Assembly: GCA_040901675.1 (NCBI GenBank)
Contig: JBBDYJ010000029.1
Location: forward strand, 1-64,000
DNA length: 64,000 nt
Reading direction: 5' to 3'
DNA from: Pirellulales bacterium
Lineage (GTDB): Bacteria; Planctomycetota; Planctomycetia; Pirellulales; JAICIG01
Below are positions 17,504-27,544 of the stretch, in pieces (position 1 is the first letter of the stretch; each line of letters begins with the position of its first letter). A program made the position numbers and the translations under genes. The notes under the pieces are model-generated. The model ran no database searches. It was given only the letters and a program-made list of their open reading frames with translations, and was not told the origin of the DNA.

Positions 17504-19540
17504 TTGCTCGATCTGCTGCTCGTGCTCGTGTTTGCTGCCCACCTGCTGGCGGTCAACGTCGCCACCGGCGGACCGCTGGTCGCCATCTGGCTGTTGTGGC
17601 GACAGCGTTCGGGGGACCCGATGGCCGGCCGACTGGGCCTCCGGCTGGCGCAGAGCTCGATCGGCGCGCTCGCCGTGGCGGTCGCACTCGGCAGCGCGGC
17701 TGCCGGGCTGCTCTGGCTCTTATATCCCCACACCATCACCCAGGCCGCCAGTGAGATCCCCCAGCGACGCTATTGGTTCGCGCTGGTCGAGCTGGGATTC
17801 TCATTCGCCTGCCTGGCGGGCTGCCTGGCGTTCTGGCCGGACGTGCCAACAGAAGTTCAAAAACCCGGTCGGCCGGAGGTAAATGGCGCCCCTTCGGGCA
17901 GACGCGGCTTCTGGGCCGCCGCTGCCCTGCTGCTGTTGGCCGGCAGCAACCTCTTGTATCACTTTCCGCCGTTGTTTGCCGTGATCGGCATGCTGAGCAC
18001 GCGCCCCACCGCCTGGGGGAGCGGTGCGCAATTCACGTCGCTGATGCTCGATGCCGAGGTTTTGGCCAGAGCGCTGCATTTTGCCCTGGCATCGCTGGCG
18101 GTCACCGGCCTGGCCGTCTCGGTGTTGGGCTTGCGGCTGAGCAGGATCGATCGCGCATACAGCGAAAGGGTGGTTGCCTGGGGCGGGCGCATTGCACTGG
18201 TTCCCACGGTGCTGCAATTGCTGGTCGGCATGTATCTGCTGGCCACACTCCCCGAACCGTCTCGCGAATGGTTGTTGGGAGCCGACTGGCTGGCGACTGG
18301 ATTGTTTACGGCGGGCTTGCTGGCTTCACTGGCGCTGGTGCATCGCCTGGTTGCCTTGAGCTGGGATGCCGTGGGACGGCACATCTCGCCCGCGGCGGTC
18401 CTGATGGTCGTAGTGGTTGTGCTGATGGTGGCGGCCAGGCACCGCGCCCGCCAGGCGGTCGTCTCTGAAGACCGGCCGCCGGCGAGGCTGACGACCCAAG
18501 GGCCTTGCGGCGACTTCTCAGAGGGCATTGAGAACCCTATGCTGGAGGCTGTGGCCGCCGGCCGCCATGGAAACTTCGCACGCGGACATGCGATGGCGCT
18601 CGAACCCATTACGATTACCGACCAGTCGAGCGGCGCGACGGCCAGGATCGTCCCCGGCTTTGGCTTCAATTGTTACAGCTTTCAATCGATGGCGTCCGGC
18701 GTGCCGCTGGAATTGCTCTGGTCGGATCCAGATATTCTCTCCGGGCAGTCGAAGCCCTCGCACAGCGGCATCCCGATCCTATTTCCCTTTGCCGGCCGGC
18801 TGCGCGGCTCGCACCTGATGTATCAGCGCCGCACTTACCCCTTGGGCAGCGACGATGGCCTGGGCAATGCGATCCACGGATTCGTGCTCAATCGGCCTTG
18901 GCGAGTGGTCGAGAATACGCCCAACCGCGCCGTGGGCGAGTTCCAGGCCTCGATCGACGAGCCGGGCTTGATCCGCCGCTGGCCGAGCGACTTTCGGTTG
19001 ACCGTCGCCTACGAAGTGCGGGCCGGCAGCTTGCTGAGCCAGATTGAGGTCTTGAAGCCCGGCGACGGCCCACTGCCGTTCGGCCTGGGGCTGCACCCCT
19101 ACTTCCGCCTGCCGCTGGGTCCTCAGGGGCGGCCCGACGATTGCCGGCTGACCGTGCCGGCGACCGAGTACTGGCAGCTCGAAGACATGTTACCCACCGG
19201 CAAGCGGCTGCTGGCCGATGGCCCGCGCGGCCTGGCCCACGGCCTGAGGTTTGGCGAGGCCCGGCTCGACGACATCTTTACGGGCCTCTCGTATGCCGAC
19301 GGCTGGTGCCGGGCCACGATCGAGGATCCGACGAACGGCCGCATGTTGGAAGTATCCTTCAGCGAACAGTTCCGCAATTGCGTCGTCTACAACCCGCCGC
19401 ACCGCGACACAATCTGCATTGAACCGTACACGACCGTGCCCGACGCTTTTTCCCTGGCTTCGCAAGGCGTCGAAACCGGCTTGAACCTCCTCCAACCCGG
19501 CCAGACGTGGCGGGCGCAAGTCGAGATCTCGTTGACTTAA
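17504..19540 (+). CDS. Multi-TM membrane domain fused in frame to aldose 1-epimerase family protein (epimerase part 18593-19540)
   Basis: TTG start follows GGAG. About 9-10 hydrophobic helices precede ILFPFAGRL, NAIHG, GLHPYF, LDD and CIEP, with no stop codon between. Confidence 0.8.
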   Translation: MLDLLLVLVFAAHLLAVNVATGGPLVAIWLLWRQRSGDPMAGRLGLRLAQSSIGALAVAVALGSAAAGLLWLLYPHTITQAASEIPQRRYWFALVELGFSFACLAGCLAFWPDVPTEVQKPGRPEVNGAPSGRRGFWAAAALLLLAGSNLLYHFPPLFAVIGMLSTRPTAWGSGAQFTSLMLDAEVLARALHFALASLAVTGLAVSVLGLRLSRIDRAYSERVVAWGGRIALVPTVLQLLVGMYLLATLPEPSREWLLGADWLATGLFTAGLLASLALVHRLVALSWDAVGRHISPAAVLMVVVVVLMVAARHRARQAVVSEDRPPARLTTQGPCGDFSEGIENPMLEAVAAGRHGNFARGHAMALEPITITDQSSGATARIVPGFGFNCYSFQSMASGVPLELLWSDPDILSGQSKPSHSGIPILFPFAGRLRGSHLMYQRRTYPLGSDDGLGNAIHGFVLNRPWRVVENTPNRAVGEFQASIDEPGLIRRWPSDFRLTVAYEVRAGSLLSQIEVLKPGDGPLPFGLGLHPYFRLPLGPQGRPDDCRLTVPATEYWQLEDMLPTGKRLLADGPRGLAHGLRFGEARLDDIFTGLSYADGWCRATIEDPTNGRMLEVSFSEQFRNCVVYNPPHRDTICIEPYTTVPDAFSLASQGVETGLNLLQPGQTWRAQVEISLT

Positions 19541-19543
19541 CGT

Positions 19544-20473
19544 TCAACCGTGAACTTTGACCGCCTGCACATGTTCTGCCTGAGCCACGCAGACCTGCGG
19601 GTCGAGCCGGCCGGGCAGCAAGTGGGCCGCGTTTTGCGCTGCCGCCGCCATGCCGATCCGCAGGGAGTCGAGCGTCTCATAGCCGTCGGCTAACGCCCAG
19701 GCACAGCCGGCGGCCAGGCAGTCGCCGCAGCCGATCGGGTTGACGACCTTCTGCACGTCGAGCGGCTCGAGCCGCCATGCCTCACCGCCGGACCCGGCCC
19801 AAACGGCCCGCTTGCCTTCGGTGACAACAACCCACTGGGCGCCGCGGTCGTTGATCTCGCGCATTGCGGCGAGCAAATCCTGCTGGCCGGCCAGCGGGCG
19901 GCCGAGCGTGAGCGACAGTTCCTCGCGGTTGGGCTTGACCAAAAACGGGCGCTGCTCCAAGGCCGCCAGCAACTCAGCGCCTCGTGCATCGAGCACTGCT
20001 TTTGACCGCGTCTGCTTCAAAAGATCGGCGTACCAGCCTGCTGGCGTCCCCGCGGGCAACGAACCACTCAGCACCACCACGTCGGCCGCTGCAGCCTCGC
20101 CGGCATAAGCAGCAATGAATTGCTCGAGACAGCGCTCTCCCAGCGGGTGGGCGTTTTCCACCAGTTCCGTCACCGACCCGCCCGCCGCATCCACAAGCGT
20201 GGTGCAGATCCGCGTCGGGGAGGAAGACGCGACGATATGGGCCGGCACCCGGAGTTCAGCCAGCTCGCGCTCGATCGACTGGCGCGCGTTGTCGCCGATG
20301 GGTGCCAGCACCCGGCAGTCGGCCTTCAAATGTGCCAGCGCGATGCCGACGTTCAGCACCTTGCCCGAGGCACACCAGCGGACCTCGCTGGCCCGGTTCA
20401 CCTGCCCCAGGCGCAACGAGTCGAATCGCAGGATCTGCTGCCAGGCGGGAGTGAGTCCGGCGACCAGGATCAC
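19544..20473 (-). CDS. PfkB family (1-phosphofructokinase-like) sugar kinase
   Basis: SGKVLNV, SGSLP, VKPNREEL and NPIGCGD. Confidence 0.9.
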   Translation of the reverse strand: MILVAGLTPAWQQILRFDSLRLGQVNRASEVRWCASGKVLNVGIALAHLKADCRVLAPIGDNARQSIERELAELRVPAHIVASSSPTRICTTLVDAAGGSVTELVENAHPLGERCLEQFIAAYAGEAAAADVVVLSGSLPAGTPAGWYADLLKQTRSKAVLDARGAELLAALEQRPFLVKPNREELSLTLGRPLAGQQDLLAAMREINDRGAQWVVVTEGKRAVWAGSGGEAWRLEPLDVQKVVNPIGCGDCLAAGCAWALADGYETLDSLRIGMAAAAQNAAHLLPGRLDPQVCVAQAEHVQAVKVHG

Positions 20474-21663
20474 ATCATCTCCTCCAGCACGGCGGCCAGC
20501 TCATCGTCCGATAGGTGGCGCGGATTGCCGCTCATGCTGTTGCCGCGCGAGGCGGTCACCAGCTCGGGAATCTGCTCCCGCCGCACGCCCAACTGCGTCA
20601 GCTTGCGCGGCACGCCGAGCGCGCTGGAAATCGCCTCGATCCGCTCCACGAACATTCCGGCGGCCGCCTGGTCATCCGCCGTTTTCGCCCCCAGCACAGC
20701 CCGGGCCAACTCGGCCAACTCGCGCTGGCACACCGGGCGGTTCACGCGCAGGGCCGCCGGCAACATCACCGCACAGGCCAGTCCATGGGCTACACGGGCG
20801 TGTACGCCCAGGGCCGCCGCCACGCCGTGCGCCATGCCCAGGCCCGAGTTGGCCAGGGCCAGACCCGATAACAGGGCCGCGTGGGCCATCGCTTCCCGCG
20901 CCGGGCGCGACTCTCCGCGGCGCACGGCCTGCTGGATGTTTGGCAGTGCCCGCCGCAAGCCTTCGATCGCCAATGCCCTGGGAATCGGCCGTGCGTTGCG
21001 GGAGATATAGCTTTCGATCAGTTGCGTGATGGCGTCCATGCCGGTCCAAGCGGTCGTTTCGGCAGGCAGGCTCACGCTGAGCTGGGGGTCGACCAGCACG
21101 ATGCGCGGCACCATCAGGTCTGAGCGCAAGCTTTTCTTGAACGGCGGATCGTACGAAGAGATCACCGCGTTCTTGGTGGCTTCGGTGCCGGTGCCGCCCG
21201 TGGTCGGCATCGCCAACACGGGCAACGGCGGCTCGGTAATGGCCAGCCCACGCCCCACGCCTTCCAGGTAATCCTTGACGGTGCTGCTCTGGGCGTTGGT
21301 GGCCAATGCTGCGGCCGCCTTGGCCAGGTCGATGGCCGAGCCTCCCCCAATCGCCAGCAGCAGGTCTCCCTGGGACGCCCCTGCGTCACGTAAGCAGGCC
21401 GCGGCGTCGTCGACATCTTCCACTTGCGGTTCGCGAGTCGACATCGCCAGCGGCACGGGCTCGACGCCTTGCGCGCGCAGGGCGGCGGCCAGCTCGTCCA
21501 AAACGCCGTTGGCCCGCAGCGTCCGCGAGCCTTCGACCAGGAAGGCCCGCCGGCCCAGCTTCGCCGCCAGCCTGCCCGCCTCGCGGCGCCGGCCCCAGCC
21601 GAACACGATCCGGCCCGGCGCCAAAAAATCGTAGGCCAGCGGCGCGGACGGTTCCTCGTTCAT
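20470..21663 (-). CDS. Iron-containing alcohol dehydrogenase
   Basis: GGGSAIDLAK, PTTGGTGTE, DAITQLIE, GMAH and HG.AC. Overlaps pfkB by 4 bp. Confidence 0.93.
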   Translation of the reverse strand: MNEEPSAPLAYDFLAPGRIVFGWGRRREAGRLAAKLGRRAFLVEGSRTLRANGVLDELAAALRAQGVEPVPLAMSTREPQVEDVDDAAACLRDAGASQGDLLLAIGGGSAIDLAKAAAALATNAQSSTVKDYLEGVGRGLAITEPPLPVLAMPTTGGTGTEATKNAVISSYDPPFKKSLRSDLMVPRIVLVDPQLSVSLPAETTAWTGMDAITQLIESYISRNARPIPRALAIEGLRRALPNIQQAVRRGESRPAREAMAHAALLSGLALANSGLGMAHGVAAALGVHARVAHGLACAVMLPAALRVNRPVCQRELAELARAVLGAKTADDQAAAGMFVERIEAISSALGVPRKLTQLGVRREQIPELVTASRGNSMSGNPRHLSDDELAAVLEEMM

Positions 21664-21681
21664 GGCAATGAAGTTCGGAAT

Positions 21682-24600
21682 TCACTTGCCCGCGGCCGTG
21701 CCGGCAGGGCCGCCGACATCCAGAACCAGGTTGCGGAACCGCACCTCCGTCGGCCCTCCGGAGTGAAGCTGCAAGGCAAAGATGCCCCGCCTCGTCCCTT
21801 CCGGGTCGTCCAGGTCGACGCACGGCTGGCCGTTGATCCATGTCCGCAGGCGGGTGCCTTCGCACACGATCTCGTAGCGGTTCCATTGGCCCGGCTTCAC
21901 GTGCATTTCGCCCGGCTTGTCCCAGAGCAGCCCGCGTCCGTGCTCTTCGTACAGCTTGCCCCACCAGCCCGCTCCGACGTCGGCCTGGTAACCCTTGACC
22001 TCGCCTCCGTCCAGCGCCTCGCTGCGGAACTGGATGCCGCTGTTGCCTTCGTTGTCGACCAGCTTCACTTCCAATGAGAGGCGGAAGTCGCCGGCGAGCA
22101 ACTCGCTCTTCAGAAACTCGTTGTGATCCAGGCCGCTCGTGCGCCCCACGATCTGGCCGTCTTCGACGCTCCACAGCTCGGCGGCGCCATGCCAGCCGGA
22201 CAAGTCGCGGCCATTGAACCAGCCCGGAGCGTTGTCGACCGTGGCCAACATCGGCGTTTGGATGGGACTGGCCAGATACGCCACCAGCGAGCGGATTTCG
22301 TGGTCGGACATCGGATTGAGTTGATCGTCGGGCATCATCGACTTGGAGCTCACCTCGCGGATGTCGATTTCCTGTTGCGGGATGACGACCGTCTCGTTGG
22401 CGGTGGCCAGCGTCAGCGAGTCCCGGTCCTCCGCCTTGATGATGCCGGTGAGCGTCCGCCCGTCGGTAGTCTGGATCACGACGGCCTGGTAATCCTTGCC
22501 GATCAGCGCGCTGGGATCGATCACATTGGAGAGCATGTAGTCGAGATCGGCCCGGTTCGAGCCGGTCAGCTCGGGGCCCACGTTGCCGCCGCCTCCGAAG
22601 AGCACGTGGCATTGCTGGCAGGTCTTGGCGTAAACCGCGCGGCCCAGCGCCAGGTCGGGCGGCTGGCCTCGCTTGGAGTTGATGATGGCCCGGTGGTAGC
22701 CGATCAACTTGAGGCGTTCCTCGGGCGTGTCGTTCACCGTGCCCCAGACCTCGGCGATCCGGGCATTCAGCTCGTCGTTGTTCAGGTTGCGAAGCTGCCG
22801 GATCAGGTCGGCCGATAGATCGCCCGCCGGAACTCGCCCAGCGGCCACCGCGTCGAGCAACGGGCCGGCGTACTTAGGACGCGAGGCCAGCGTGCCCAGC
22901 GCGTCGCGCTTGGCGGCGGAGTCGAACCCGGCATACGCGTCCAGCACTACCTTCGGGGTTTGCTGGTCGTCGTAGGCGGCCAGGCCTCTCAAGGCCGCTC
23001 GGCGCAATTCGACGCCGGCCACCAACGACTGCAGGACCGGCGGCAGCTCGGGATCGCGGGCGCGGACCAAGGCGGCCAGCGCCTGCTCGCGGGCAGCCGC
23101 ATCGGCCGCCTCATCGGTGAGCAGGCTCCGCGTAGCGCGCAGCGCGTTGGGGTCGCCGAACACCAGCCCCAGCGCCATGGCCTGCGAGCGCAGGGCGGGC
23201 TCGTCCGACTCGGTGCAGGCCTGGTAGACCTTGCGCCAATTGCCCGGCATTGCCAGGCCGCGCCTGCCCTTGAATCCCTCGTTCATCTCTTCCAGAATGG
23301 CTTGCCGGAGGGAGGAGTTCGCCGTGCGGCCGACGCGGTGTACCAGCATCTCGATCGCCCGCTCGGTGCCAAGCTGGGCCAGGCGGCGCGTCAGGAATCG
23401 ATCGACCAGCGGTATCCGCGAAGCCTGGGCCAGCCGCAGCGCCGCATCGAGATTGTTTTCGCTTGCCAACGGCTCGGCGGCGTACCAGTACATCAGCGGC
23501 AAGTTATGGTCCGTTGCGTCTTCGGAATGCCCGAGCAGCGCGGTGAGGATCGCCGCTCGGCGGTCGAGCGGCAATCGCTGCAATGCCGAAGCCAGGTACA
23601 GCCGCACCACGGGCGAGGGATCGGCGGCGGCCAGCTCGGCGAAGCGTTTTAACAAGCTCGCCTTCGGGTTGCCGCTCTCCATGGCAAGCTGGACCGTCCA
23701 GGCCCGTACCAGCGGACTATCGTTGGACAGCCCCCGGTCGGTTCGCTCGGCCGTCAGGCCGCCGGTCACGTGCAAGGCCCACAAGCCCCGCAGCCGCCGC
23801 GTCTCGTCGGCGTGCTCGAATGCCAGGCGGGTCAGCGCCTCGTGGACGCCGGGGCTGCCGCCGCGCTCCTGGAGCAGCCGCCGCGCGTGCCGCACGTACC
23901 AGTCGTTGGGCTCGAGTTGCAACTCGACCAGTTCCTCGTCCGTCTTCTCCGCCATGTCGACCGTGACGCCGCGCGCCCCCTGGAAGCTGACTTTGAAGAT
24001 CCGGCCGTTGGTGCGGTCGTGGCCGTCCGGATCGCGGTGATGGCACTGGTTCTTGTCGTACCAGTCGATCATGTACATCTGGCCGTCGGGACCGTACTGC
24101 AAGTTGATGATCTGCGACCAGGCGTCGTTGGCCAGCAGGAAATCGGGGGCACGGTCGCCCACGTACCCCGAGCCGCGCGGGGCCAGCAGGTCCATGTTCA
24201 GCCGCGCGCCGTGGATGTTGTTCATGAAGATCTGGTTGCGATATGGCTCGGGCCAACTGCCCCCCAGGTAGATCATGGCGCCGGCGTGCGCATGGCCTCC
24301 ACCGGCCTCGTCGGAGCGGTTGTTGCCGGCGTGCGGATTGGCGCCCACCCAGTGGCGGTGCAGGGCGATCGTTTGGATGTCGGCGTAGGTGTAGGGATTG
24401 AAGTGCTGCCCCGCCTGCCGCTGATATCGCCCACCCTGGATCACGTGGAACAGATGGGGGATGACGCAGGCGGTGACCAACGCCTGGCCCTGGTCGTTGA
24501 AGTCGATGCCCCACGGATTGCTGGTGCCGTGGGCGAAGACCTCGAACTCGTGCCAGGTGGGATGATACCGCCAGATCCCCGCGTTGATCGGCACCCGCTG

Positions 24601-25749
24601 GTCGTCGGGAGTGCCCGGTTTGCCCACGCGCGAGTGCGTGAACACGCCGTGGCAGCCGTAGAGCCAGCCGTCCGGCCCCCAGGTGAAGGCGTTCAGTGTC
24701 TCGTGCGTGTCCTCGAAACCCCAGCCGTCGAGCAGCTTTTCCGGCGGGCCGTCGGGCACGTCGTCGCCGTCGCGGTCAGGGATGAACAAAAGATAGGGCG
24801 CCATGCCGACCCAAACGCCGCCGAACCCGATCTCGATGCCGCTCACCAGGTTCAACTTGTCGATGAACACCGTGCGGCGATCGAACCGGCCGTCGCCGTC
24901 GACGTCCTCGAAAATCAGGATCCGATCGCGGGCCTCCTCGTCCGGCACGTGAAACGGATACGAATAGGCCTCGGCCACCCACAACCGGCCCCGGCCGTCG
25001 ATGGCCTGCGCGATCGGCTGCTGCACGTCCGGCTCGCCGGCGAACAGCGTGACCGCAAAGCCTTCGGGCACGGTCATGGCGGCGGCCGCCTCGACCGCAT
25101 CCAGGCCCGCATGCGCGTAGACGTCGGTGCGGTTGGGCACATCGGGCCGCTGTTCATGGAAGCGGAAGTCGTCGAAGTTCAGGTGGCCCCAATGGCCGCT
25201 GTGCCGGTCGACCAGGCGGATGAAAATCTCGCCGCCCACGTGCCGTCGGAGGTCGACCGCCACCGGCTTGAGCTGCTCGGTTTCATCTCCCGACGCTCGC
25301 AGGATTACGTCGAGGGTTTCGCGATCGACGATCTCGACGCACGTCTCGGGGTGCCTCCCGCCGGCGACCAGAAAGCTGGCGTAGCGATGCGTTACTTTGA
25401 AGGGGACGGAGGTCAAGGTTCCCTGCGGCTGGTCTCCGCCCCGCTCGTAGCTTCCGATCCAGAATCTGCCGGCGTGCCCGCTGCGCATGTCCTGGCGGCG
25501 GGCAAACACCGTGTCGCCTTCGATCGGCTGCTTGGCAAAGGCGTCTCCCTCCGCCCGCCAGCCTTCCAGCGTCCCGGTCTCCAGATCGAGGTTCAGCCGT
25601 GTGCCGTCAGCGCCGACCGGCGGCGAGCCCTCGAGGTGCTCGGGGTTGACGTCGCCGTCGGCCGCGAGGAGTGAACACCAGGGTGCCGGCAACAACAAGC
25701 CGACCAGCGCCAGTGAGGCTGCAGCCGTTCGAATCAACCCGGAGTGCAT
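21682..25749 (-). CDS. PVC-type heme-binding CxxCH membrane-associated dehydrogenase with C-terminal DUF1080
   Basis: Signal peptide, beta-propeller (VPEGFAVTLFAGEP, WGPDGWLY, NPWG), HEAT repeats, CQQCH...GPELT...SMMP, and DUF1080 (FNGRDLSGW, NSGIQFRS, LQLH). Confidence 0.92.
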   Translation of the reverse strand: MHSGLIRTAAASLALVGLLLPAPWCSLLAADGDVNPEHLEGSPPVGADGTRLNLDLETGTLEGWRAEGDAFAKQPIEGDTVFARRQDMRSGHAGRFWIGSYERGGDQPQGTLTSVPFKVTHRYASFLVAGGRHPETCVEIVDRETLDVILRASGDETEQLKPVAVDLRRHVGGEIFIRLVDRHSGHWGHLNFDDFRFHEQRPDVPNRTDVYAHAGLDAVEAAAAMTVPEGFAVTLFAGEPDVQQPIAQAIDGRGRLWVAEAYSYPFHVPDEEARDRILIFEDVDGDGRFDRRTVFIDKLNLVSGIEIGFGGVWVGMAPYLLFIPDRDGDDVPDGPPEKLLDGWGFEDTHETLNAFTWGPDGWLYGCHGVFTHSRVGKPGTPDDQRVPINAGIWRYHPTWHEFEVFAHGTSNPWGIDFNDQGQALVTACVIPHLFHVIQGGRYQRQAGQHFNPYTYADIQTIALHRHWVGANPHAGNNRSDEAGGGHAHAGAMIYLGGSWPEPYRNQIFMNNIHGARLNMDLLAPRGSGYVGDRAPDFLLANDAWSQIINLQYGPDGQMYMIDWYDKNQCHHRDPDGHDRTNGRIFKVSFQGARGVTVDMAEKTDEELVELQLEPNDWYVRHARRLLQERGGSPGVHEALTRLAFEHADETRRLRGLWALHVTGGLTAERTDRGLSNDSPLVRAWTVQLAMESGNPKASLLKRFAELAAADPSPVVRLYLASALQRLPLDRRAAILTALLGHSEDATDHNLPLMYWYAAEPLASENNLDAALRLAQASRIPLVDRFLTRRLAQLGTERAIEMLVHRVGRTANSSLRQAILEEMNEGFKGRRGLAMPGNWRKVYQACTESDEPALRSQAMALGLVFGDPNALRATRSLLTDEAADAAAREQALAALVRARDPELPPVLQSLVAGVELRRAALRGLAAYDDQQTPKVVLDAYAGFDSAAKRDALGTLASRPKYAGPLLDAVAAGRVPAGDLSADLIRQLRNLNNDELNARIAEVWGTVNDTPEERLKLIGYHRAIINSKRGQPPDLALGRAVYAKTCQQCHVLFGGGGNVGPELTGSNRADLDYMLSNVIDPSALIGKDYQAVVIQTTDGRTLTGIIKAEDRDSLTLATANETVVIPQQEIDIREVSSKSMMPDDQLNPMSDHEIRSLVAYLASPIQTPMLATVDNAPGWFNGRDLSGWHGAAELWSVEDGQIVGRTSGLDHNEFLKSELLAGDFRLSLEVKLVDNEGNSGIQFRSEALDGGEVKGYQADVGAGWWGKLYEEHGRGLLWDKPGEMHVKPGQWNRYEIVCEGTRLRTWINGQPCVDLDDPEGTRRGIFALQLHSGGPTEVRFRNLVLDVGGPAGTAAGK

Positions 25750-25897
25750 GGGCACGGTTCGCTTTGTTTGGGGAGCCATTCTGGTCAGTTGTCCTATCGA
25801 AAGGGCGGCCCATGTTTTACAGTCAGTACAGCATGACGAGGGGCGTTTTGCGTGTCAAACGAAGAAGCGCTCTCGCAAAGGCGCAAAGATCACCGGG

Positions 25898-26740
25898 ATG
25901 AATCGACTCACGGCTGAGCAGGCGCGGCGCAACCTGGCCGGCCGCGACCGCTGGCAGGCGTTTGAAGCGCATCGCCGCAGGGTCACCGAACCGTTGACCG
26001 GCGCTGCTTGCTCAGCGGCGGACAGGCTTTGCGTGCTGGGTGCAGGCAACGCCAACGACATCGACCTCGGCCAGCTTACCAGCGCCTTTGCCGAGGTGCA
26101 CCTGGTGGATCTCGACGGCGAGGCGCTCGAGTTTGGACTTGTTTATCAGCGGCCGGCCATGCGGGACAGGATCCACTTGCACCGGCAAGTCGACGTCAGC
26201 GGCGCCTGGCACTTGCTGGCCGGTTGGTCCCCCGAGGCGCCACCCACGCCGCACGAACTCGACCAATGCATCGAACGGATTACGCGCTTCGCCGGCCCCG
26301 CTCTTCCGGCCCCCTTCGATGCGGCCGCGTCGCTCTGCCTCGTAAGCCAACTGATCGAGGGGGCCGTGGCGGCGCTGGGCCACAATCATCCTCGCCTCTT
26401 GGAGCTGATCCTTGCCATCCGCACGTCGCACCTGCGGATGCTGGTTCAACTTGTCCGGCCTGGCGGCCGCGGCCTGCTCGTGACCGATTTTGTTTCGTCG
26501 GACACCGTGCCCGGGCTAGCCGATGCACCTGAGCAAGAGCTGCCCGCGCTGGCGGGACGGTTGCTGGCGGCCGGTAATTTTTTTCACGGCCTCAACCCGC
26601 AGGTCCTGCACCGCTTGTTTACCACCGATCCGATGATTGGCCCGCTGATCGAAGAAGCCAGCCTCCGCGGCCCGTGGCGGTGGGACCTCGGTCCCAGGAT
26701 ATATCTGGTGGCCGCCATCGAGTTCACGCGCAGGCGATAG
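25898..26740 (+). CDS. Hypothetical protein, class I SAM-dependent methyltransferase-like
   Basis: LCVLGAGN (motif I), VHLVDLD (acidic beta2), FD and LVRPGG. Confidence 0.65.
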   Translation: MNRLTAEQARRNLAGRDRWQAFEAHRRRVTEPLTGAACSAADRLCVLGAGNANDIDLGQLTSAFAEVHLVDLDGEALEFGLVYQRPAMRDRIHLHRQVDVSGAWHLLAGWSPEAPPTPHELDQCIERITRFAGPALPAPFDAAASLCLVSQLIEGAVAALGHNHPRLLELILAIRTSHLRMLVQLVRPGGRGLLVTDFVSSDTVPGLADAPEQELPALAGRLLAAGNFFHGLNPQVLHRLFTTDPMIGPLIEEASLRGPWRWDLGPRIYLVAAIEFTRRR

Positions 26741-26860
26741 AATGAGCGGGGCGAACGGGCCAACGGACCGACGAATGCGTCCATCCGAGCGATTTGCTGC
26801 AATGCATACCGCAGTATATACTCAAGGGAGGATGATCATTCTCGGCATAAGGAGATTCTC

Positions 26861-27169
26861 ATGAGTAAAGCTCGCAATACCGAGCGGACCAAGGCCCCCC
26901 ATAAACGCGTGATATTCAGCCTACCCCCGGATCTCGTCTCGGAAGCAAAGCAGTTTGCCGGCGCCTTTCACAACGGAAACAGCAGCGGATTCGTCGCGGC
27001 AGCGATCCGTGCGTATATTGACCACCTTCGAAAGGTCCGGCACACCGCCAGGCTCCGGGAATCCTATGCCGCCGCGGCAAAGCATTCCCGCAAGTTGTCT
27101 GAGGCGTGGGACCCGCTATCAGATGAAGTTTGGGCGAAGCTGGATGCAAAGCGGCCAGGCCAAAACTAA
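26861..27169 (+). CDS. Ribbon-helix-helix antitoxin (MazE/EndoAI-like)
   Basis: RVIFSLPPDLV...SGFVAAAIRAY...LRESY...W. AAGGAG RBS. Abuts the toxin gene. Confidence 0.75.
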   Translation: MSKARNTERTKAPHKRVIFSLPPDLVSEAKQFAGAFHNGNSSGFVAAAIRAYIDHLRKVRHTARLRESYAAAAKHSRKLSEAWDPLSDEVWAKLDAKRPGQN

Positions 27170-27544
27170 ATGGCACACAGGCCTTCATTCCCTCGCCGTG
27201 GCTCGGTATACCGGGTGGCGTTCGATCCGGCCAGAGGTCATGAGATCCATAAGACCAGACCAGCCGTCGTGGTGTCAAGCGACCACCTGAATGAACTCGC
27301 CGATGTCGTTATCATTATGCCCGTCACGTCAGGCCAATACCGCTACTATCACTGGATTCCACTTGACCCGCCTGAAGGTGGCCTCACCAAGCCATCGAGC
27401 ATCATCACTGAGCACGTTCGAGCCGTCGATAAGCGGCGGGTGGGTAGACGACTGGGCGAAGTGGAACCTGGAACAATGGAAAAGATCGAGCAAGCAATCC
27501 GCGACAATTTTGGGCTGTCGGAAGGCGAAGTCCTGCTAGCCTAG
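27170..27544 (+). CDS. mazF: PemK/MazF family endoribonuclease toxin
   Basis: RGSVY.V.FDP..G.EI.KTRPAVVVS, PVTS and VRAVDKRR. Confidence 0.93.
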   Translation: MAHRPSFPRRGSVYRVAFDPARGHEIHKTRPAVVVSSDHLNELADVVIIMPVTSGQYRYYHWIPLDPPEGGLTKPSSIITEHVRAVDKRRVGRRLGEVEPGTMEKIEQAIRDNFGLSEGEVLLA

